This document shows, one piece after another, positions 1 to 10,674 of a stretch of DNA of 24,000 bases. The stretch is from an uncultured Planctomycetaceae bacterium (lineage in GTDB: Bacteria > Planctomycetota > Planctomycetia > Pirellulales > PALSA-1355), in NCBI GenBank assembly GCA_963702015.1, contig OY969698.1, positions 1,137,935 to 1,161,934 on the forward strand, written 5' to 3'. A model generated the notes under the pieces. It was not told the origin of the DNA. It worked only from the letters and a program-made list of their open reading frames with translations, and searched no databases. Every line of letters begins with the position of its first letter. The stretch's first letter is position 1. The position numbers and the translations under genes were made by a program.

Positions 1-1155
1 GTCCGGGCCAACCAGCGCACCAGTTCGACCGCCGGTTCGCAGCAGAAGCCGAGCAAGACGCCCAGCAGGCCGCCGGTGGCCGAGAGCACGACGGTCTCGC
101 TCAAAAACTGCTGGACGATGTCTCGCTGTTTGGCCCCCAGCGCGCGGCGAATGCCGATTTCGCGCGTTCGTTCGGTCACCGTGGCCAGCATGATGTTCAT
201 GATGCCGATGCCGCCGACCAGCAGCGCGATGCTGGCGATCAGCACCAACAGCACGTTGAACATCATTTGCAACACTTGCGCCTGCCGCAGCAGCTCCTTG
301 GGAACGATCACTTCGTAGTCGACGTTGGTGTGGAATTTTTCCAGCAGCGTCTTGACGACGTCGGCCGTTTTGTCGACATCGTCCAGACTGTCGACCGTGG
401 CCGTGATCTGGCTGAGTTGCACCTCTTCGGCCTCGAAACTGCCGGCACGCATCGCTACCACGCGGTCGCCAATTCGCCAGCGCAACGTGTCCAACGGAAT
501 GTAGATGTCCCGATTGTAATTCTGGCCCGAGAAGCTGCCGCCGATGTTGCCGCTCGACATGCGGTGCTCGGTCTCGCCGATGACGACATAGGCCTTATTG
601 TCGATCTGGACCCTTTCGCCCAGCGGGTTTTCGCCGGGGAACAGCGTGCTGGCGGTTTCCTCTCCGAGCACGCAAACATTTTCGGAATGCTCGCCGTCGA
701 AATCGGAAATAAACCGGCCGCGGGCCAGCTTCAGATTGGCCAGCCCCAAATAGGCCGGCGTGCAACCGACCAAACGGACGTCGAGTTTCCGGTCGAGATA
801 GTAGGCCTCTTTGCGGATTTCGCGCAAGGGAGTCGCCACGCGCACGGTGGGAATCTTGGTGATCCGGTCCAAGTCGTCGCGCAACAAGCCGTATTGCAAA
901 ACGCTGAAGAACCGGCTGCCGGTGCCGCGCTTCGATATCGGTCGTCGGCTTGACGCCGTGGATGATGATGTTGTTGGCGCCCAGTTCCTTGATCTGTTGC
1001 TGGGCCTGATAGCTGACGCCTTCGCCCAGCGCCACCAGCCAGATCACGGCGGTCACGCCGATCAAAATGCCGAGCACCGCCAGGCCCGAGCGCAGCTTGT
1101 GCAGCAGCAGGCTTTTGAGTCCCAAGCGCAGGGTTTGTAAGAATCGCGGCGACAC
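1..1155 (-). CDS. MacB/FtsX-like ABC transporter permease, partial at window edge, at least one frameshift
   Basis: N-terminus MSPRFLQTLRLGLKSLLLHKLRSGLAVLGILIGVTAVIWLVALGEG (ORF 595..1155 -), then in another frame LLRDDLDRITKIPTVRVATPLREIRKEAYYLDRKLDVRLVG, and near position 1 the typical FtsX C-terminal region GGIGIMNIMLATVTERTREIGIRRALGAK read from the minus strand. Frame changes near 930-960. Confidence 0.88.
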
Positions 1156-1229
1156 GAGTCTGGAAACTACTCGAAGTGGATGGAGGGAAGAGAATCAAAC
1201 CGACGCGCGGCCGGTTGCCGGCAGTGCGG

Positions 1230-1432
1230 TCACGGACCACCGGGACCGCCCGGGCCACCACCGCCGCCTTCCATTTGCTTGCGGCGCGCCTGCAGCGGCG
1301 GCGACTTCCTTGGCGTCGATGAAGCCGTCGCCGTTGGTGTCGATTTTGTCGAAGAAGTGCCTGCATCTGCTCGGGGGCCTCGTCGCGGCTGACTTTTTTG
1401 TCGCCATCCTTATCGAGTTCCATGATGTTCAT
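1230..1432 (-). CDS. EF-hand pair module with Gly/Pro-rich tail (separate small gene or C-terminal part of the upstream adaptor), frameshifted
   Basis: EF-hand loops DKDGDKKVSRDE (1379..1414) and DTNGDGFIDAKE (1306..1341), followed in a third frame by RRKQMEGGGGGPGGPGGP*, stop at 1230. The two loops are 73 nt apart, so one indel separates them. Confidence 0.75.
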
Positions 1433-3006
1433 TCCGCGGCCGACCGCCGCGTTTGCCCTTCTCGCCGGCTCCCGCTTCCGGTCCGCTCGACTTTTCGGCG
1501 GCACCGGGCGGGGGCGCATCGCCGAATCGTTGTTTGACGTCGACCGCCGGCGCGCCATCGTCATCGTCGCGGGCTTCGGCCACGATGGCGCGTGGATTGA
1601 GGATCACGACGTCGCCTTCGGCCAGCCCGTCTTTGACTTCGATCTCGATGTTGTTGCTCATTCCCAAAACGCACGGGCCGGCGCTGGTGGCGGCCGCCAG
1701 ACGAGCACCCAGCAGTAGGTGTGACCGGCTTGCTCGACGACGGCTTCGACCGGCACGGACGAGGACGCCGGTGAGTTCGGCCACCAGGATTTCGACGACG
1801 GCGGTCATGCCGGGCCGCAGGCCCGACGACTCGCCGTTGATCTTCACGATCGTGGCGTATTCCTTCACGGTCGACGAGGAACGGATTCGGTTCGGGCTGG
1901 TTGGCCACCGAGGCGACCGTTCCCTGAAATTCGCGATCTTGCACGCGCAGGTTGGCCCGCATGCCGATGCGAAGTTGATCGACTTTCGATTCGTGGACGG
2001 GGATTTTGACCTGCATGCGTCCCAGATCGGGCAAGCGGATGATCGATTGCCGCTCGCGCACGGCGGCCCCTTCCTCGATCTGCACGGCTTGCTGGCCGCG
2101 TTGTCCGCCAGGCTCGTTGGCATAGATGACCATGCCCGTTTGCGGGGCACGGATGACGCACTTTTCCAATTGTGTCTGCAGCCGCTTGAGCCGGGATTCT
2201 TCCAGTTCGAACGCGGCCTCCTCGGAGTGCATCTTGGCTTCGGCCGTGTCGCGCTTGCTGACCAGATCTTCCTCGGTCTTGGGCTTGGTGAATTTCTCCA
2301 AGACCTCCTTGGCCAGCCGGGCGGTTACCAGGTCGAGCTTGGCCCGCTCGACGGCAAATGCCCGAGCGTCGCGCTCCAGGCTGGTGACATAACCCTTGCG
2401 CGCCATTTTCTGGGCAAATTGAAAGCTGTTTTCCGCGCTGCGCAGATTCTCCATGGCGACGGTGATCGCGACGTCGGCGGTTTGCACCGCTTGCAGATAG
2501 GTTCCTTCGCTGTACTCCTGCACCGCGATCTTGGCGGCCGAGAACGTCTTCTCCGCTTCGATCTTCACCGCCAGCGCTTTTTGGTAGGCAATCTCCTGCA
2601 GGCTCACCTGTTCTTCGAGCAGCGACGGAATCGAGCCGCACCAATTCGTCTCCCTCGTTGACCTGAGTGCCGTCGGGCACGAGCCACAAAATCGTGCTGC
2701 CGCCCGCCACTTCGCATTTGACGTCGATGTTGCTTCGAGCTTTCGACATTGCCCGAGGCGGTGATCGTGACCAGCAGATTGCCCCGGGCCACTTTGCGCG
2801 TCAGCTCGTTGCGAGCTGACAACGGCTTCGCCGAGGAACGATCCCTTCAGCCCATAGGCCGAAGCGGCCACGACCGCCGCACCGACCAGCAAGCGTCAGC
2901 AGCATCCGCCAAGGCAGACGCCAGCGGCGCAGTGCGCTGGCAGCGGGCGGCTGCGAGCCGGCTCGCGGCGCGCGGGATCGACTCGAGGAATGGTTTCGGT
3001 TGCCAT
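1410..3006 (-). CDS. HlyD/MacA-like efflux periplasmic adaptor subunit, multiple frameshifts
   Basis: LTRKVARGNLLVTITASGNVESS; SNIDVKCEVAGGSTILWLVPDGTQVNEGDELVRLDS; long coiled-coil KALAVKIEAEKTFSAAKIAVQEYSEG...; CVIRAPQTGMVIYAN; KIPVHESKVDQLRIGMRANLRVQDREFQGTVASVA; INGESSGLRPGMTAVVEILVAEL. N-terminal ATG at 3006 followed by a TM-like segment (LLVGAAVVAASAYGLKG) in another frame. Confidence 0.88.
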
Positions 3007-3432
3007 CAAAAATGCCTAAGCGGGGGGATCGGGCCGTGGGAAGGTCGCGTGACGGATGCGGCGCCAGCACTCTCATTCTCAATCCCACCGCCGATGATTT
3101 CAAGCTCGCGCGACGGCCAGAAGGCTCGCATTGGCCGAGAAATGCGGCGGAAATTGCCGGCTTACCCAGAGTGACAAAGCGACTCGAACGGTCCGCTCGA
3201 CCGCACGGCCAGACCGGCTCAGCAGAAATCAGACAGGTTTTTGAGTCGTCTGGCCGCGGCCGGACACGGTCGATCGAACGTGCCACGGCCGCGGCCCAAC
3301 GGCGTGAAGAGCTTCCTATTCTGGTGGTCACGCCCGGCGACCGAGAACCGCCACGCGGCGGCCGATGGCCCCAATTGGCCGCTGGACAATCGGCACAGTC
3401 GCTACCGTCGCTCGGCCTGCCCCCCCGCGCGG

Positions 3433-6333
3433 CTACGGACCGGGAGGTCCACGTCCGAACAACCCCACCCGCTCGGGATTGCGGCGGTACCAGGGTGGTG
3501 GCTGCTCGGGTTCGGGGGGCTCGGCCGAGGAGTCGAACCAGGTCCGGCGGCGATTCGACGTGCTGCCGCCCGGAAAAATCGCATCCGGCGGAGGCGTCTC
3601 TTCGCCCGGGGCACGCGGCGGAACATTTTCCTGCAGCGGCGGCTCGGGGAACATTTCGTTCGATCGCCGGCCACTCCTGGTCTTCGATGTCGACCCGGCG
3701 CGAACCGCATCCGGGCGGCAGCGGTTCGGCTTCGGCATCGCCTTCGATGTCGACTTCGTGCAGCCAGTGATTGGGGATCGGCGGAGGCAGCGGACAAAGT
3801 TCTTCTTCGAGCCAATCCGACTCGTTCAGCGGCCGATCGATCCACATCCCTTCGTCGTCGAGCTCCATGATTCCCAGATCGCGATAGAGCATCATCCGGG
3901 TTTCGTAATGATTGAGCCAGGCGCTCATGAAATTGTTCTGAGCGTTGCGCAAGTCCGACAGGGCGAAGAGCAGGTTTTGCGCGGCGGTCGGCGGAAGCAG
4001 TGGGGCTGTCGCTCCGACCGCAACCGGCTCGGGCGGCTGATTGAGAAGCTCGCGCGTCTGGTCGGCGCGACGGACGGCGATCACCATCGCCCGGCGCTGG
4101 ATCTCGAGCAGCAACTCCAATTGTTTGAGCGAGCGCAAGTAGTTGCGCATGACTTGATAGATCGAGTCCTGAAACTGGATCAGGCCGCGGCGGGCCTGCT
4201 GATAACTCATCAACTGGGCGCGGAAATTGTTGCGCTGCAAGCGGCGGGTCAACGGGGCGGAGAACTGCACGCCGACGTCCGCGGTCTCCGGTCGATCCTT
4301 TGAATCGAACCGGGTTGTTGTTGGTCGTGTTCAGCGCGCCGCTGAAGGTCAGATTGAGCCCGGATTTCAACTGGTTGGCGTTGTAGTAAATCAACCGCCA
4401 GGTATCGACCACGCCCATGCGGTTATTCATCCAATCGAGCCGGTTGGCGCGGGCGATATCCATGGCCCGCTTCGGATCGAGATCGATCTTGGGCAGACTG
4501 ACCGCCTCGAGCCGAGCCCGGGCTTGCACCAACGACAGCTTCCTGGGTCATGCCCGACAGAGTGCTGGCCAGCGTGACCAGATCGTCGGCGCTTTTCGAC
4601 GGATCGGTGTCGGCCAATTCGCGGGCGGCGTCGAGATCGGCCTCGGTCTTGGCGAAACGGGTTTCCAAATCACTCAGACCTTCGGCTCAGCTTGTCGCGA
4701 TCCTCTTGCAGCCGTTTGCGGCCGCGCTCGTCGAGGAGTTTGAATCGCTCGGGCAAGGCCTTGTCGAGCCGATCGAGATCGGCGTGTGCCGACCGCGAAC
4801 CGTTGCGCCCACGCGGTCGCGCAATTGGCCGATGACCTGGACCGATTTTTCCAGATGAGATCCCGATCGGCTTGTGCGGCAGTTCGCCGAGCAGGTCGAT
4901 GAAATCGTCGATCTTGTTCCAGCAAGTGCGGTCGTCTTGGGATCGACCAGGCGAAATTGCTCGATCATGCTGTCGTCCAATTCGACCGGCATGTTGGGAG
5001 GCAAGCCCAGCGTGCCGGCTTTGAAAACGTCGAGCGTGTTGGCCAGGTTGACCTGGGCGGCAGCAGATTCGACCGCTCGCTTTCAATGTTCTGGCGAAGC
5101 AGGTCGACCTGGGTGATCTCGATCGTTCCGGCCTCCTGATGGGCTTCCAGCATGCTGAGGCTTCGCAATTGAGCGTTGAGGCTGGCTTCGGTGTTGCGGA
5201 TCTGTTGCAGTTGCTGGAGCATGCCGACGAAACCGCCGACCTGGCCCGCGTTGCCGACGGCAAAGCCGGCCGCCGCCGCCGGCGGCGGCGCCGACGGCAC
5301 CCGCGGCGGTCGGCGTTGCGGCCGCCAAAGTTGACGACCTGGCCCAACTGGCCGAAACCGCCGGTGCCGGTGCCGGAGAAGCCGGTGAGACCGGTGCCGC
5401 CGGCAAAACCACCGTCGCGCTGCGGCCCGCTGACGTTCGTGGCGTCGCCGATGACCACGTTGGTGTAAAAGCCCTGGCGATAGCGCTGAAAAGCACGCAA
5501 GTTGGCCAGCAATTGGCGTTCGACGATGGTCAACGGCTCGAGGATGTAGCCCCGACCGCCGAATTGCAGCAGCGGCTGCATGAAGCTGAAATTGAGCAGC
5601 GAGTGCGTCTGATTCGTGTTCGGTCCGGCAAACTGCCAGACGAACGAGTTGGCGATGCCGACCGTCAACGTGCCGCCGGCGGCGAACATCTTTGTCAGCG
5701 TCGGATTGGTGGCGGTCGTCAGCGTGCTGGCTTCGCCATTCGGCGGATTGCGGTCCGCTGGTCAAGAAGCTCGTAGTGTTGGTCGTGTACAATTGCGTGA
5801 CGAATTGGAATCGTTGCGAGCTGACGTCGAGCGCCGAGATGTAGAGGGTCTCGAGGTTCGTGCGATAACCCGACGAGTTGATGATTGCCGCGCGAACCGC
5901 CGACTCGGCCGAAAGAATGAGCTTGTCGTCCTCGGTGAATTCGGCATATTCGTGCATCTGTTCTCGCCAGTTCGGCGCTTCGAGTCCCCACCAATCGCCA
6001 TAGACATGCCAACAGGGCCAGCCGGCCATGCGGTTGACTTGATGCATGTATTGGTGTGCCACCGGATCGTCGAACGGCATTGCCGGGGCGTCGGGACTGG
6101 TCGGGTCGAAATATCGACTGCGTGGGTCGAGATAGCTAGGAAAACGGGGCATCGTCCAGCCCAGATCGGCCGCCTTTTGCCCAACCAAAAAGTCGACTTC
6201 CCGGTCGGCCGCGAATGCGGTAGAACGCGCGCGAACAGCCACCCGACGGCGCCAGCAGCAGTGGCGTGGCCAGCAGTGCGACGATCAACAATCGCAAACG
6301 GGTGAGAGAGATTCTGGCCATCGCGTTTAGCAC
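3433..6333 (-). CDS. TolC-family outer membrane efflux protein (lipoprotein-like signal), several frameshifts; 3' end uncertain
   Basis: Start MLNAMARISLTRLRLLIVALLATPLLLAPSGGC (lipobox-like); LILSAESAVRAAIINSSGYRTNLETLYISALDVSSQRFQFVTQLY; GGTLTVGIANSFVWQFAGPNTNQTHSLLNFSFMQPLLQFGGRGYILEPLTIVERQLLANLRAFQRYRQGFYTNVV; NNFRAQLMSYQQARRGLIQFQDSIYQVMRNYLRSLKQLELLLEIQRRAMVIAVRRADQTRELL; DLRNAQNNFMSAWLNHYETRMMLYRDLGIMELDDEG. Confidence 0.85.
5271..5290. repeat. Perfect 20-bp GC palindrome inside the TolC-like gene
   Basis: CGCCGCCGCC immediately followed by its reverse complement GGCGGCGGCG. Confidence 0.9.
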
Positions 6334-6371
6334 ATGGCGTGGTGGTCGGTTCGCCTGCCTGCGGCACGCTC

Positions 6372-6389
6372 CAGGCGCAAGGGCGCCTG
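6372..6389. repeat. Inverted repeat, 7-bp stem and 4-nt loop, in the tolC-like/methyltransferase divergent intergenic region
   Basis: CAGGCGC-AAGG-GCGCCTG. Confidence 0.75.
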
Positions 6390-6561
6390 TGGAATGCCCA
6401 TCACCGGTCCGCCTCTAAATTCGACCCCGACCGGTGGCAGACTTTAACGATTGCGCAGTCCTTAACGATTGCCGCGACTTTTCCGTCGCTAGCATGGCGC
6501 CGCCGCGTATTGCGCCATACCTGCGCCGCAGGGCTGGGGACAGCTGATAGAATGGGGACCT

Positions 6562-7443
6562 TTGATCCGCAAGCAGCGGCTCATGTCGAGTCGGCCGCCG
6601 TCGCGGACGGCAATGCTGACGACGGTTTTGACCAGTACGTTCATGCAATACGTCATCGAATCACTCGACGATCCGCGGCTGGTTGCCTATCGCCACCTGA
6701 AGGAGACCAACGCCACTCGTTGGGCTCAGCGGTTCGTGGCCGAAGGCGAGAAGCTGGTGGTCCGGCTTTTGGCTAGCGGCTTGCCGGTCGAGTCGCTGCT
6801 GGTCGGCCAGCGTCATGCCGATCGCTTTGGCCATCTCGCTGGGCGGGCGACGGCGGTCTATGTCGTTCCCGACGCTTGGATCGAGCAGATTGTCGGCTTC
6901 GACTTTCACCGTGGCGTGCTGGCCTGTGGCCAGCGGCCGTGCATGTCGGCGACTGTGCAGACTTGACGGCGCCGACCGGAGCCCAGACGACCGTGGTCGT
7001 TTGCCCGAACGTGCAAGATCCGGAAAACCTGGGCGCGATTCTGCGTTTGAGCGGCGCGTTCGGCGTCGATGCGGTGCTGCTTGGCCCCGACTGTCCCAAT
7101 CCCTTTTCGCGGCGCGTGCTGCGGGTGTCGATGGGAGCGGCTTTCGCTCTGCCGATTGTCGAAGCGGACGATCTGGAAACCGAACTGGCGGCGTTGGCCG
7201 ACGCAGTGGGGCTGCCAGCGCTGGGCGACGGTCCTCGATGCGTCGGCCGAACCGCTCGCCGGCCTGGTGCGGCCGGCGCGGCTGGCCCTGCTGCTGGGCA
7301 GCGAGGGGCACGGCTTGGGGTCCCGCTGGATCGCCCACTGCGACCGGCAGGTGACCATCCCCATGCGGCCGGGGACCGACTCGCTAAATGTCGCGGTCGC
7401 CACGGGAATCTTTTTGTATCAACTCGGCCAGATGGCCAACTGA
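6562..7443 (+). CDS. TrmH/SpoU-family RNA 2'-O-methyltransferase, frameshifted; start codon uncertain
   Basis: YVIESLDDPRLVAYRHLKETNATRWAQRFVAEGEKLVVRLLASGLPVESLLV; TTVVVCPNVQDPENLGAILRLSGAFGVDAVLLGPDCPNPFSRRVLRVSMGAAFALPI; ALLLGSEGHGLGSRWIAHCDRQVTIPMRPGTDSLNVAVATGIFLYQL* (motifs 1-3 of SpoU family) across three frames. Confidence 0.92.
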
Positions 7444-7530
7444 TTGATCCGGCGTCGCGCGCCATGTGTCCCTCCGACCAGCGGCAGCCGAGCGGTGCTC
7501 GCATCGCGGGCGCAACGAACAGCGAGAGAC

Positions 7531-8326
7531 TCAGGCAGCGTTGGGTCCGTGGGCTTGGCGCCAGAAATAGTAACTCGCCAGCACCACGCCGATGCCTACC
7601 ACGAGCCAGCGGACCAGCCGCCGGTTCATCCGCCGCGAGACACGAGCGCCGGCATAACCTCCGGCGATGCCCGCCATGGCCATCGCGCCGGCGAAGGGCC
7701 AGTTGACCGTGCCGTTGGCGACGAAGACGACGACCGATGTGGCGTTGATGATCGTTCCCAACACGCGACTTGAGGGCGTTCATTTCGTGAATGTCGCTCA
7801 GCCCCATGACGGCCAGCGACGTGAGCATCAGAATGCCGATTCCCGCGCCGAAATAGCCGCCATAGATCGCGATCAAGAACTGCAGGACGACCGCTCCCAG
7901 AGCACCCCTTGCCAGGAAATCTGCGTTCGCGGGCGGCCGATCCCCGTCAGATGGGCCACCAGCGGTTGCACGGCAAATAGCAGCGCGGCGGTCAGAATCA
8001 GCCAGGGGACGGCCATTTTGAATGACTCGGGCCGCAGGACCACCAGGGCCGAGCCGATGAATCCGCCCACCAGGCTTGGGCCGGCCAACAGCAAGGCCCA
8101 GCGCCGGATCGGTGCTAGTTCGCGGCGATAAGCCCCAGATCGCGGCCAGCGAGGCCGGGACGAGGGCCACGGTGCTGGTGGCATTGGCCATCACCGACGC
8201 GCCGGCCGAAGTCCCAAGCGCCGCGAACAAGGCCGGAAACGTCAGCAGCGTGCCGCCGCCGGCGATCGCGTTGATGGCGCCGGCCGCCACGGCCGACAGG
8301 CAGAGCCAAAAGTAAGTTTCAAACAT
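7531..8326 (-). CDS. TauE/SafE-family sulfite exporter-like membrane protein, frameshifted
   Basis: MFETYFWLCLSAVAAGAINAIAGGGTLLTFPALFAALGTSAGASVMANATSTVALVPASLAAIWG; VVLQFLIAIYGGYFGAGIGILMLTSLAVMGLSDIHEMNALKS; MAGIAGGYAGARVSRRMNRRLVRWLVVGIGVVLASYYFWR. Confidence 0.9.
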
Positions 8327-8772
8327 CGGGAAGGAACGGACCGTGATGGGGACCAGGAGCGGGACCGTACTGCCCTTCGGACCGCGGTGAGCCGCACAGC
8401 GCGGCCAACACTCGGCAGGCCAGCGATGCGCGCCGGCGTGTCGGGCAGGCGGTTAGTATGCCAGTTGCCCGATCGGTTGCCAAAGGGCGATGCTCGAGGG
8501 ACAAGCGGGGTAAAGGGATGGCCGCGGCCCGGCGGAAGCCGTGGGCGGCTGGCGATTTCCCGATGTTTGACCGTGCCGTGGAGCGGCTTTCGGGCTTGAG
8601 ATGCGTCGGCCTTGACCCCAGCGCGCATCGACTCCTATACTTTCGGTTTGGCAACACGCCTCGCGCACCGCTTTTGTTGCGGCTCGATCGAAGCGTCGTT
8701 TCCCGTATTTTTGGGCGCGGCATCGTCGGCCCTTGCGATCGCCGCTCGGGCATTGCTGGTAGGATTCCTAGC

Positions 8773-9636
8773 ATGAAAACCGAACGACGCCACGAGCTCG
8801 AAACCAATCAACTCGCCGATTCGCTCGGGCATTGGGCCGATGCGGTCCGGCCTTACACCAATACCATCCTGGTGGGGATTCTGCTGGTGGTCGTGGGGCG
8901 GCGGTCTATGTCGTCGCTCAGCGCCGCACGGCGGCCGAAACCGCGGCGGCCTGGGACGACTATTTCGCCGCGCTCGCCGCAGCTCGGATCGGCTCAAGCT
9001 GGAAGACCTGGGCGAAGTCCACGCCGGCACGCCGGTCGGCTGGTGGTCGCTGTGCATGGCGGCCGATTTGGGGCTGGACGAGGGAAGCAACCTGCTTTTC
9101 CGCGACAAGGCTGTTGGCCCGCGATATTCTGCGACGCTGCGGCCGATCGCTACCAGACAAGTTCTCGGCGAAACCCGCGAACCGGCCCTGCTCAAGCAGG
9201 CTTCGTTCGGTTTGGCACGCGTGCACGAGTGCTTGGGCGAGATCAAGAAGGCCGAAGAAGAATATCAAGCGATTGCCACCAAATGGCCCGACACTCCTTT
9301 CGCGCTGGCCGCCGAAAAGCGAGCGAAGGACTTGAAACGACCTGAAGACAAGAGAGTTCTACGACTGGTTCGCCAAACAGGACATCGGCAAGCGAAACGC
9401 GCCGCAGTCCCGGCACTCCTGGCTTGCAAATCGCCGTTCAATCTCGACAATCTGCCCGACTCACCCGATCGGTCCGGCACATCGCCAGGCGATGATGCCG
9501 ACGCCAGAGTCGAGCCGCGACGCCCGACGGCCCCTGCGGCGGCGAGCTCCGAAGCGACGACCGACGGCCCATCCTCCGGCACCGATCCGACCGGCAGCCG
9601 CACCGACCGGCGCAAAGCACGCCGAGCGCCAATAGT
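8773..9636 (+). CDS. Membrane-anchored tetratricopeptide-like protein, frameshifted; 3' end uncertain
   Basis: MKTERRHELETNQLADSLGHWADAVRPYTNTILVGILLVVVG (TM anchor) then ALLKQASFGLARVHECLGEIKKAEEEYQAIATKWPDTPFALAAEKRAKDLKRPE, TPR-like helical repeat spacing. Confidence 0.65.
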
Positions 9637-9637
9637 G

Positions 9638-10629
9638 ATGTCTGGCGAATTTTCTGCCGGCGCGCTGATCGAACTGGTTGTTCCTGAAAACCACGCCGGC
9701 AGCCGTCTCGATTGGTTTCTGGCCCAGCAACTGCCGCAATACAGCCGCGTCCATCTGCGTCGGGCAATCAACGCCGTGGGGGTGAAGGTCGAAGGGCACC
9801 GCGCCAAAGGCATCGCATCGCCTCCGCGTGGGAGAGCACGTCTCGATGGTCCTCCCCGATCTGCCACGCGTCGGGCCCGTGCCCGAGAATATCCCGCTCG
9901 ACATCCTGTTCGAGGATGCGGAAATCGCGGCGATCAATAAGCCGCCGGGCATGGTGGTCCATCCGGCCAAAGGGCATTGGGAGGGGACGCTGACCAGTGC
10001 GCTGGCGTTTCATTTCGAGAATCTGAGTGCGGCTGGCGGCCCGACGCGGCCGGGCATCGTGCATCGGCTGGATCGCGACACCAGCGGCGTGCTGGTGGTG
10101 GCCAAGACCGATGCCACCCACATGCGGCTGTCCGAACAGTTCGAGCAGCGGACGACCGAGAAAGAGTATTTTGCGATCGTGGTGGGGGTGCCCGATCGCG
10201 ATCGCGATCTGATCGACTTGCCGATCGGACCGCATCCCTCGCACCGCGAAAAGATGGCGATCCGTCGCGGGCGTCCCGACAGCCGCGAGTCGCAGACGTT
10301 TTACGAAGTGATCGAGCGATTCGACGGTTTTGCGGCCCTCAAGGTGCTGCCCAAGACCGGACGGACGCATCAAATCCGTCTGCACCTGGCCCACATCGGC
10401 TTTCCGGTGCTGTGCGATCGGCTCTATGGCGGCCGGGCGCGGATCACGCGCGGCGAGCTGAGCCGCGACGCGAGCGACACGACCGTGGTCCTCGAGCGGC
10501 AGGCGCTGCACGCGCGGCGATTGAAGATCGTTTCGCCCACGACCGGCGAACCGCTTGGAGTTCGTGGCTCCGCTGCCGGCCGACCTGACCGGCATGCTCG
10601 ACGAGCTGCGGCAATATCGGCCGCGGTGA
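9638..10629 (+). CDS. RluA-family 23S rRNA pseudouridine synthase (S4-like domain N-terminus), frameshifted
   Basis: MSGEFSAGALIELVVPENHAGSRLDWFLAQQLPQYSRVHLRRAINAVGVKVEG; LDILFEDAEIAAINKPPGMVVHPAKGHWEGTLTSALAFHF; PGIVHRLDRDTSGVLVVAKT (catalytic Asp motif); GRTHQIRLHLAHIGFPVLCDRLYGG; C-terminus EFVAPLPADLTGMLDELRQYRPR* in a shifted frame, stop at 10629. Confidence 0.94.
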
Positions 10630-10674
10630 GCCGATTCGCACGCGCTAAGCGAGCAAGCGGCCGATGGCGCCGCT

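Noticed and set aside
1453-2661. 402-aa plus-strand ORF
   Set aside because: Antisense to the adaptor gene, whose motifs are convincing. It has no recognisable domain.
2801-4270. 489-aa minus-strand ORF read as a single protein
   Set aside because: Only the N-terminal part matches the TolC-like protein. The remainder is an Arg/Ser/Pro-rich out-of-frame extension created by a frameshift.
8840-9940. Apparent fusion of a TPR-like region with the pseudouridine synthase N-terminus (366-aa ORF)
   Set aside because: The pseudouridine synthase has a good ATG at 9638, and the readthrough is better explained by frameshifts at the end of the TPR-like gene than by a real fusion.
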